A program made the translations under genes and the position numbers. DNA of 26,125 bases from a virus (lineage: Duplodnaviria; Caudoviricetes): positions 1 to 26,125 of the IMG/VR virus record IMGVR_UViG_3300037797_000054; one strand, 5' to 3'. Positions 7,217-14,226 of this stretch are shown piece after piece; position 1 is the stretch's first letter; every line of letters starts with the position of its first letter. Below the pieces are notes generated by a model, which was not told the origin of the DNA, ran no database searches, and worked only from the letters and a program-made list of their open reading frames with translations.

Positions 7217-7317
7217 CAGTCTTCCTCTTTCTCATCGGTGGCGATGGTGGACATGTCGCCGTGGGCCTTGCCGTACACGGTCACCGGCTCTGCCTCGTCA
7301 CGTTCGCGGTCGGTCAT
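7216..7317 (-). CDS. 33-aa acidic micro-ORF (MTDRERDEAEPVTVYGKAHGDMSTIATDEKEED)
   Basis: ATGA overlap with the holin stop, TGATG overlap with the next start, SD GGAGGAG. Confidence 0.65.
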   Translation of the reverse strand: MTDRERDEAEPVTVYGKAHGDMSTIATDEKEED

Positions 7318-7565
7318 GCCGACTCCTCCTCCGTCAGCGTCTCGGCGGTGGTCAGCGACGGGCCGCCGGTTGTCGCCAGGTCCGAGCCAACCGAGGTCAG
7401 TACGGACAGTAGGGTGGCCAGTCCAGCCACCGATGCGCCCTTGACCCAGTCGATGTCGAGGATCCCGGTGGCGTCTGCGACCAGGAACGCGGCGAACGCC
7501 TGCGCGAACGTCTTCAGCGCCCGCTCGGCGGCGGCCTTCCAGAATGCGGCTGTCCAGATACTCAT
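7314..7565 (-). CDS. Holin, phage r1t family
   Basis: FWKAAAERALKTFAQ...IDW...SVAGLATLLSVLTSV signature. Confidence 0.9.
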   Translation of the reverse strand: MSIWTAAFWKAAAERALKTFAQAFAAFLVADATGILDIDWVKGASVAGLATLLSVLTSVGSDLATTGGPSLTTAETLTEEESA

Positions 7566-7717
7566 CGGCGTCTCCAGTTCTGCGGGTTGAGTGCCAGCCC
7601 GAACAGCAGGTGCGCGGCGACGAACGCCAAGCCGAGCAGCAGCAGGTCAACCCGACCGAGCGCCGATTCGAACTGCGCGATCACGAAACAGATCAGGGCA
7701 AGTAGTGCAAACATCAC
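7562..7717 (-). CDS. Small 2-TM membrane protein, ~51 aa (absent from the ORF track)
   Basis: Manual translation [51 protein letters not shown]; GTGA and ATGA overlaps at the two ends; SD GAGGAG. Confidence 0.75.
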   Translation of the reverse strand: MMFALLALICFVIAQFESALGRVDLLLLGLAFVAAHLLFGLALNPQNWRRR

Positions 7718-8427
7718 GGCTCCTCATCAGGTTGTTCTTTACACATGCTGGCGGGCATCCCGCCGAACACGTCCTCGGTCGCATCCGTGTAGGTGATGAC
7801 CATGCGGCAGTCACCGCCGTTCTCGAACGTGACCGAGACGATGCCGCGGCCGTCCGCGCCGTCGCTTCCGGCCGGCCCCGCAGGACCGGCCGGGCCGGTC
7901 TCACCCTGTTCGCCCTGCGGCCCCTGTGGACCCTCAGGACCGACGATGGTCTCCCCCGCAGGGCCGGCGCTGCCGGTCTCTCCAGTAGGCCCTGACGGCC
8001 CCACAGGCCCGACTGCGCCGGGATCACCCTGGATGCCGCGAGGCCCCTCCGCCCCCGGTGGGCCGGGCTCGCCTTGTTCACCCTGCAATCCGCGAAGTCC
8101 AGGTGGACCCTGCGGGCCGGTAGGCCCCGGCATGCCCCGCTCACCCATCGGCCCCGGGATCGTCTCGGCAGGTCGCTGCTCTATCTCCTCGGCCTGCCGG
8201 CACAGGTCGCCGAGCTCGCGGGCCGTCTCGCCGTTGCGGTCACACGCGGCGCGGACCTGGGCGGCGATCGATGCGGCGTTGTCGGCCGACACCTGCGACT
8301 CTTGCTGTGTCCGTGACCGGTCCCAGGTGATCCAGCCCACCGTCAACAACACCGCGGCCACGATCAGCGCCGTCATGACCTGACTGTGTGGCTTGCGTAA
8401 CCGCCGCTCAGCCTTCGTCGGTTCCAT
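7714..8427 (-). CDS. Membrane-anchored collagen-like protein
   Basis: N-terminal TM; ~34 Gly-X-Y triplets (7843-8154) with one interruption; Cys pairs on each side of the collagen region. Confidence 0.9.
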   Translation of the reverse strand: MEPTKAERRLRKPHSQVMTALIVAAVLLTVGWITWDRSRTQQESQVSADNAASIAAQVRAACDRNGETARELGDLCRQAEEIEQRPAETIPGPMGERGMPGPTGPQGPPGLRGLQGEQGEPGPPGAEGPRGIQGDPGAVGPVGPSGPTGETGSAGPAGETIVGPEGPQGPQGEQGETGPAGPAGPAGSDGADGRGIVSVTFENGGDCRMVITYTDATEDVFGGMPASMCKEQPDEEP

Positions 8428-8761
8428 CGGCGTCCCTACCCGCTAGTCGGCGGTAACGCGCCGCCTGGTCCTCGGCCTCCCAGCGCGCCGAGCGGGCCTC
8501 CGCCAGCTGCTCTCGCACCGCTTCGAGTTCGTCACGCAGCCGCTGATTATCTAGCCGCAGCTTGTCCATCTCATCGTCATGCCGGAGCTTCGTGGACTCG
8601 TGGTCCATGCCGTGCCGCTCCCGCTGTGCCGTCAATGCCGATTGGTAGTCGCGGCGATCACTGGAAGCCTGCCGGTTGAGGTGCACAATCAGCCACACCA
8701 GCAGGGCGAGGACGCCGGCGAACCCGCCGACACCCGGCAAGTCTGGAAGGTTCCATTCCAC
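8408..8761 (-). CDS. TM + coiled-coil protein (lysis accessory), 117 aa
   Basis: GTG 8761 after AGGAGGAG; [17 protein letters not shown] followed by a heptad-like charged helix. Confidence 0.8.
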   Translation of the reverse strand: MEWNLPDLPGVGGFAGVLALLVWLIVHLNRQASSDRRDYQSALTAQRERHGMDHESTKLRHDDEMDKLRLDNQRLRDELEAVREQLAEARSARWEAEDQAARYRRLAGRDADGTDEG

Positions 8762-8780
8762 ACGGGCTCCTCCTGCAAGA

Positions 8781-9014
8781 TCAGGTGTCGAGTCCGCCCG
8801 GTAGATCCTCACGGGCCGGGATGGCCACGCCGGCCTCGGTCAGCGCCGCCGTCAATTGATCGATGCGGGCGTCCAGCTTGTCGTGCTTGTTGTTGACCAA
8901 CACGTGAATCTCGCTCATACGCTTCTGGCTCATCAGACCCAGCACGATGGTCGCGAGGAGCAGCACAACCGCCGCGGTTGCGAGCGCCAGCGCTGCGACA
9001 ACGAAGTTGTCCAC
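8781..9014 (-). CDS. TM + short coiled-coil protein, 77 aa
   Basis: GTG 9014 after AGGAGG; TM FVVAALALATAAVVLLLATIVLGL; EIHVLVN...LDARIDQL. Confidence 0.8.
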   Translation of the reverse strand: MDNFVVAALALATAAVVLLLATIVLGLMSQKRMSEIHVLVNNKHDKLDARIDQLTAALTEAGVAIPAREDLPGGLDT

Positions 9015-9027
9015 CGCGGACCTCCTG

Positions 9028-9249
9028 TCACAGTCGCTCGTCGGTGTGCACGGTCTGCTCGGGCTGCTCGGCTTTGCTCTCGGCAGGCGGCCGGGCACCC
9101 CCCGGGCACGGCTCCCCGCCCACGCGATGCCGCTTGATCATGCCGGTGGTGAACGCCAGCGGACGCTCCTGCCCGCACACCGTGCAGACCCCGCGCTCAG
9201 GCGCGGCGTAGACGCGAGCGGAGTTGGTCGATTCCACGGGACACCACAC
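9028..9249 (-). CDS. Small putative Zn-binding protein (CxxC...H...C)
   Basis: CTVCG...GMIKRHRVGGEPCPGG; start uncertain (9249 or 9237). Confidence 0.55.
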   Translation of the reverse strand: MWCPVESTNSARVYAAPERGVCTVCGQERPLAFTTGMIKRHRVGGEPCPGGARPPAESKAEQPEQTVHTDERL

Positions 9250-9292
9250 CCACCGCGAAGTAGGCGATCAGGACGGCGACCTCGGCGGCCAC
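9197..9292 (-). CDS. Possible 31-aa single-TM peptide (VAAEVAVLIAYFAVGVVSRGIDQLRSRLRRA)
   Basis: GTG 1 nt after the endolysin stop; TM plus basic tail; overlaps the Zn-motif ORF in another frame. Confidence 0.4.
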   Translation of the reverse strand: MAAEVAVLIAYFAVGVVSRGIDQLRSRLRRA

Positions 9293-9293
9293 C

Positions 9294-10481
9294 TCACGCC
9301 GGGGCATCAGTCTGCTCGCCCTGGATCGACACGTCCACGTCGACCCGCACCACGTTGCGGTCGAACGCCGCATCCAGGCGGTCGTCCAGCAGCGTTTGCC
9401 ACTGCGCCGTGGACAAGTCGTTCGTCGGGTCCTCTCCCAGAACCTGGGACAACCCCTCACTGATCGCCTTGAACGCCTCCCGCTGTGCCTCTCGCATCTG
9501 GTGCGCCATGGCGAACGTGTGCTCCAGCAGGTACCGGTCGGCCAGCGTCCGCGCCTTCGTCGGATCGTTCGGGTCTACCCAGCCGATCACGTCCCGCGCG
9601 TACTCGGCCACACCCGGCGACTGCAGCGGAACCGGCTTGCCCAGCAGGGTGTGGAAGAGCCGTATGTGCCACGCCACGTTCTTGTCGGTGTGCTTGACGA
9701 TGTGGTTGTCCAGCCGCTCGTCGATCACGTCGGCCAGGTCCTTCTTGGTTGCCATGTCGAACCAGTCCCCCTCGGGGTCGAATCCCGTGCCGGGCACGGA
9801 CGGATCTGGGATGGTGGTGCCGCCGCTTCCGCCACCGATGGACGCGGGCTTGGCCAGGAACGTGGCGATCTTCAATTTGAGCGAGCCCATCTTGGCCCAC
9901 ATCAGATTCCCGGGGCACGACTTGGCCGACACGCAGCGGTGCCCGTGCGGGCGCAGCGCCGCATACTCGGTGACGAACCCGGCCTTGGCGTCGGCGGCGA
10001 TCGCCCGGGCCAGCGCGGTCACCATCTGGTCGGTCACCGTGTGCTGCGTGTTCTGGCAGATCACGTAGGCGCGGGCGTTGTAGTTCAAGTTCCACGACGG
10101 CGCGGTCAGCGACGCGGTCTGGCCAGGGCAGCCCGACGTCGAACACTTCGAGCGGCGGAAGTCGTTGACGGTGTGCGCCCCGCGCCGCCCGATCGGCTGC
10201 GCCTCGTAGATCGTGTCGGTGCCGGCGAACACCATCCGGTTATAGGAGATGCCGGTCGCCGGGAAGCGTGAGATGCCGATGGACTCCACGGCGCGGGCGT
10301 GCGCGTCGCGGCTGTTGTAGTTCGACGGGTTGGTGATCGTGATGTGCACGAACACCCGCGTCGCCGGCTCGTTCACAGTGCGGGCGTCAGTGTAGGAACG
10401 CCGCGCGCCCCACTGCTCCCGACGGCGCAACGCCAGCCCGACCTTCGCCAGCCCGTTACGCTCGGCGCTGATCGTGGTCAT
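9294..10481 (-). CDS. Endolysin, type 2 (PGRP-like) N-acetylmuramoyl-L-alanine amidase, 395 aa
   Basis: RREQWGA, VFVHIT, ISYN, GRRGAHT, HGHRCVSAKSCPG (His/His/Cys Zn ligands); Gly/Pro linker and unrecognised C-terminal domain; TGATG coupling at 10481. Confidence 0.9.
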   Translation of the reverse strand: MTTISAERNGLAKVGLALRRREQWGARRSYTDARTVNEPATRVFVHITITNPSNYNSRDAHARAVESIGISRFPATGISYNRMVFAGTDTIYEAQPIGRRGAHTVNDFRRSKCSTSGCPGQTASLTAPSWNLNYNARAYVICQNTQHTVTDQMVTALARAIAADAKAGFVTEYAALRPHGHRCVSAKSCPGNLMWAKMGSLKLKIATFLAKPASIGGGSGGTTIPDPSVPGTGFDPEGDWFDMATKKDLADVIDERLDNHIVKHTDKNVAWHIRLFHTLLGKPVPLQSPGVAEYARDVIGWVDPNDPTKARTLADRYLLEHTFAMAHQMREAQREAFKAISEGLSQVLGEDPTNDLSTAQWQTLLDDRLDAAFDRNVVRVDVDVSIQGEQTDAPA

Positions 10482-10705
10482 CAGATGTGCCCGATTACTT
10501 CGCACCCCGACGCCGGCGCGGACCAGATGTCGATATCCCCGCCCTCGTCGTCGGTGCGGCGCAGCGGGTCGTCGTCGGTGCGGCGCAGCACACAGAACAC
10601 GTCCTGGGCTCCGCCGTCGTCCTCGTCTCGGTAGTCGACGACGTCGACCACCACGCGGCGCTCGCCGTCGTAGACGACGATCGCGCCGGGCTGTGGTTCA
10701 GCCAT
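10481..10705 (-). CDS. Acidic hypothetical protein, 74 aa
   Basis: SD GAGGGG; coupled to the endolysin; internal LRRTDD duplication. Confidence 0.7.
   Translation of the reverse strand: MAEPQPGAIVVYDGERRVVVDVVDYRDEDDGGAQDVFCVLRRTDDDPLRRTDDEGGDIDIWSAPASGCEVIGHI
10545..10589. repeat. Tandem 21-nt perfect repeat with 24-nt period
   Basis: TCGTCGTCGGTGCGGCGCAGC at 10545-10565 and 10569-10589. Confidence 0.9.
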
Positions 10706-10733
10706 TGGTTCCCCCTCGACTCGTCGGTATAGT
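10705..10733 (+). promoter_or_regulatory. Putative housekeeping-sigma promoter for a leaderless mRNA
   Basis: TTGGTT(10705-10710)-17 nt-TATAGT(10728-10733), then 8 nt to ATG 10742 with no SD. Confidence 0.6.
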
Positions 10734-10741
10734 GCGCGGGC

Positions 10742-10960
10742 ATGGCACTAGAGGCTTACTGGCGGGTCGCCGACGCAGAGATCACCATCACCGACAGCGA
10801 CGCCGAACCGGTCGAATGGGGCGGCGTCCTGCCCGGCCAGTCACTGGACTGGGCCGTCAACAACCTCGGCTACGAACGCACCGGCCCGTGGAAGGCCGCC
10901 GACAAGGGCGCCATCGCCCCGGTGCGGGCTACAGCACGGCCGGGTCGGCCACGTAGCTGA
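10742..10960 (+). CDS. Hypothetical protein antisense to the late operon, 72 aa
   Basis: Fills the gap between minus-strand genes; GC-rich third positions; promoter-like sequence directly upstream. Confidence 0.7.
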   Translation: MALEAYWRVADAEITITDSDAEPVEWGGVLPGQSLDWAVNNLGYERTGPWKAADKGAIAPVRATARPGRPRS

Positions 10961-11429
10961 AGTTGATGACGATGCGGTCCCCCGTGGCCCACGTGAACGG
11001 GGTGGCGTTCGTGACCGCCCCGTTACTAGCCGAGCGGATCAGCCGCACCGCGCTCGCCGACACCAGTTGAACATTCACGATCGTGTGGTTCGCGGACGTA
11101 TCGGAGTCCCGCAGGAACCCGGTCCCGATCTGTGAGCCCGCGCCGACGGTCGTGCTCGTCACCAGGACCGACGTATCGGCATTGAACGGTAGGGAGATCT
11201 CGTACGCGCCGCTCCCGGCGCTGAGCCCGGCGCCGGAGAAGAAGAACTGCGCGAACCCGGTGATCAAATGCCCGCTGCGGTGATAGGAGCCGACAGAGGT
11301 GCCGTCCGCGCCCAGGTTCGGGTTCGTCGTGGTGGCGGTCAGCGCCGCGGCGTAAGCGTTGGAGACGCTGGTGTAGTACGCCCAGTCGGCGTCGATGGTC
11401 TTACCGGCGTACGGATCGTCATGCGGCAC
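10929..11429 (-). CDS. Minor tail protein, 166 aa
   Basis: SD AGGAGG; beta-rich tail-tip-like sequence (GSY.RSG.LI...GSGAYEISLPF...PFTWATGDRI). Confidence 0.8.
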   Translation of the reverse strand: MPHDDPYAGKTIDADWAYYTSVSNAYAAALTATTTNPNLGADGTSVGSYHRSGHLITGFAQFFFSGAGLSAGSGAYEISLPFNADTSVLVTSTTVGAGSQIGTGFLRDSDTSANHTIVNVQLVSASAVRLIRSASNGAVTNATPFTWATGDRIVINFSYVADPAVL

Positions 11430-11439
11430 CTGAGCCTCC

Positions 11440-14226
11440 TTAGAGGGCGAACGCGGGGGTGTCGGCCAGCGCCACCGCCGACCCGGACGGGATGGTCTTC
11501 TCCACGCCGTTCACTGTGGTGGCATCAACAGTCAAGGTCTGTGGCGACGTGGACCCCGAGATGGCGGTCACGTTCAGCACCACACCCGACACCTTGATGT
11601 GCAGCGGGAACTCTGCGGCGTGGTCCGTCGAGTTCACCCACGGCCTACTGCCCGCCGCGGTGACCACCGTCAGCGACGTGCCGGTGCCGGCGACGAAGCC
11701 GCCAGACGTGGTCGACCCGGCGGTGTCGAACCGGGCCGCGCCGAACACCGCCACGTCATACGGGGAGGCGGGGACACAGTTCAGCGTCACATCCCAGCCG
11801 AATGTAGTCAGTTGTTCGCTGTAACCGACCACCAAGAGATCGACATCTACACCGGCGATCTGGGACACAGCGTGCAGGATCCGCAACCGATCACCAAGGC
11901 GACCGGCCAACCATGCATCCATCAAATGCGGTTTGGTAGCCAAATCAATACTGAGCTGTGGCCAGCGCATCTCATCAACAGTGCCCAAATGCACCAGCCA
12001 CGCCGCCGACTGCAGCAAAAGATCCCCGTGCGCCACATTGATCTCAACGCTGTTCTCGTAACGGCCGTGTCTGACAACATGCTGTTGGTCTACAACGCGT
12101 GCCGACGTTCCCTTTGGCTGAGACGCAGTCACATCGTTGCTCAAATGGCGATCATCATCCGTCGGCTGTGGCGATAGCGCGAGCTCACCGTTATCGACAT
12201 CAAGAGTCATCTTGACCGATTGACGATATAGATCAGTTCTGGTGCGATAGAACAATCCGAAGCCGGCTTCACCCAGGATGCCACCATCCGCAGTTTGACA
12301 ATCCCGGAAGTTCGCCACCAGCGTGTCGATCTGCTGCGGCCCCATCGGCATCGTGTCGTCGGCGCGGACGATGGCCGCGTCGCCGTTGATCGTCCAGGTG
12401 TTGCCGGCGTCGTCGTCGAAGGTGGCGGCGCCGACGGCTTGGGTGGTGAAGTCGGGGTCGGCGACGAGGGTGCCGCCGATGCCGTTGTAGACGCGGACAG
12501 CGCGGACAGCGCCCGCAATGGCCGACGAAAAACCGCCATCCCCCACGAGCAGGGGCGCCGAACCGGAGAAGATCGACGTGGTACCCGAGTTCGTCTCCGA
12601 ATAGACCTGGACCCACGGCCCGTCGAGACTCGGCCCAGTGTAGAACGCGACATCATGCCCGGCGGCGCCGTTGTTCACGTCGAGAGTGGCCCGCACGGCA
12701 AGTAGCCCGTTGTCCGGTGGCATCGGGGCTAGCGGGTTAGGCATCGACACCTCCAGCAAGGAGGCGACGGTGCCCGCCGTGGTCCAACTGAACCCGAGCT
12801 CACCGCTGACACCCACCAAGAACGCCCACGATCGCTGGTCGCCGGTGGTTTGGTACTTTGATGCGATCTGACGTAACAGCCCCGAAGTCCAGTCGCTAGC
12901 AGCGAGCCAGCCGCGTACGTCGATGTCACCGGTGATGTCCAACGCCGCCGCGTCCGGCGTGCTGGCATTCGCCCCGGATGTACCCGGCAACCCCAGGCCA
13001 CCGGTTGGGGCGAGCACCGTGCACGTCAATTCCTCTTCGCTGCACAGCCGCTCGAACCTGTCCGCTGCGAGCTCGCCGGTCCAGCCGTGATACGGGGCGT
13101 GCCGATCCGTGCTCACAAGGGTGCCCATGTCGGCGGTGTCCGGCAACTCGACAGTCGTCCCGGTCAACACCGCCAGGTGCCCGAAATAGCGGTCCTGGCT
13201 CGAGACCCCGCCGTCACTGCCGACCTTGGTAACGCGGCCCTTGACCAAACTGATCTCGACGCCGGTAATCCTGTTCAACTCGGCAGCATCAGCATCCGCG
13301 ACGGTGATCGAAGCTTCCCACGCAGTAGACGATCCACTGAAGTCCCGAAATCGCAATTCCACCCGCAGCCACTGCCCGAACAGACTGTGATCCAGCGCCT
13401 GGGTGGCGTCGACCACCAACACATCGTCGCCGTCCCACGCCCGCACACCAAAGTTCGTGTCGTCAATGTAGATCAACCAATGCGCCAGGGTTGTCGACGT
13501 GGTGAACACGTGCAACAGATGCCGGCCCGCCGACTCGTCCTCGTCGATCCGCCACGCCTGCTCCACCACATACACGTCCCCTGGCGTGTGGTTCGGCACC
13601 GGCGCGGGCTTGGCGGATGAACCCTCCGCCGACAACGCCAACTGATCCGAGCCCGGCGGCCCGTCAACCGCGCCGTAGTCGGCCGGCATGCGCCACGGGT
13701 TCACCCCAGCGATCGGCGACGACGCCTGCGTCGCCCCCGAGTTCTCCTCACACGGCCAATAGGCGACCACGTTGGGGTTATTGGACAGCGACCGGAACGC
13801 CGCCGAACGCAACGCTGCGACGCCTTGGCCGAGGCGCCGGAGGAGTCCGTTGGCCTCGATTGGCGCGGTCGCGTCATCCCCTGAAATGTCCCAGTGAGGT
13901 GGCCATTCGGACACGAAACCGTTGATGCGAGGATTGTCCGGGGCATCCCAGTAGATACGTATCGGTGTATTGGTCCGTAGCTGTCCGAACCATGGGCCGA
14001 CTACATTACGTGCAGAGAATCGACCATCTGTGTTGTCCAGCACAAGACTGCATGAGACCGGCTCGGACTCTGAACCTTCGCCGGATTGCCCACCGGATAT
14101 TATGATCGGATCGGCACGGAGAAAGCTCGTGATGTCCACCCAGGTCCAAGTGGACGGATTCGCGGACAGATCGGCGTCAGGGCTTATCTCTACCGTTATC
14201 AGCGATTGGGTCTCCGGGAAAGTCAT
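11440..14226 (-). CDS. Large minor tail/baseplate hub protein with LamG/ConA-like domains, 928 aa
   Basis: ATGA-coupled to TMP; WVDITS, LDNTDGRFS, AYWPCEE, GELAADRFERLCSEE and MGPQ motifs typical of actinophage tail-tip proteins. Confidence 0.85.
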   Translation of the reverse strand: MTFPETQSLITVEISPDADLSANPSTWTWVDITSFLRADPIIISGGQSGEGSESEPVSCSLVLDNTDGRFSARNVVGPWFGQLRTNTPIRIYWDAPDNPRINGFVSEWPPHWDISGDDATAPIEANGLLRRLGQGVAALRSAAFRSLSNNPNVVAYWPCEENSGATQASSPIAGVNPWRMPADYGAVDGPPGSDQLALSAEGSSAKPAPVPNHTPGDVYVVEQAWRIDEDESAGRHLLHVFTTSTTLAHWLIYIDDTNFGVRAWDGDDVLVVDATQALDHSLFGQWLRVELRFRDFSGSSTAWEASITVADADAAELNRITGVEISLVKGRVTKVGSDGGVSSQDRYFGHLAVLTGTTVELPDTADMGTLVSTDRHAPYHGWTGELAADRFERLCSEEELTCTVLAPTGGLGLPGTSGANASTPDAAALDITGDIDVRGWLAASDWTSGLLRQIASKYQTTGDQRSWAFLVGVSGELGFSWTTAGTVASLLEVSMPNPLAPMPPDNGLLAVRATLDVNNGAAGHDVAFYTGPSLDGPWVQVYSETNSGTTSIFSGSAPLLVGDGGFSSAIAGAVRAVRVYNGIGGTLVADPDFTTQAVGAATFDDDAGNTWTINGDAAIVRADDTMPMGPQQIDTLVANFRDCQTADGGILGEAGFGLFYRTRTDLYRQSVKMTLDVDNGELALSPQPTDDDRHLSNDVTASQPKGTSARVVDQQHVVRHGRYENSVEINVAHGDLLLQSAAWLVHLGTVDEMRWPQLSIDLATKPHLMDAWLAGRLGDRLRILHAVSQIAGVDVDLLVVGYSEQLTTFGWDVTLNCVPASPYDVAVFGAARFDTAGSTTSGGFVAGTGTSLTVVTAAGSRPWVNSTDHAAEFPLHIKVSGVVLNVTAISGSTSPQTLTVDATTVNGVEKTIPSGSAVALADTPAFAL

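Noticed and set aside
7843-8154. Collagen repeat as a tail fibre or eukaryotic acquisition
   Set aside because: N-terminal TM anchor and lysis-cassette context; Gly-X-Y runs are common in phages.
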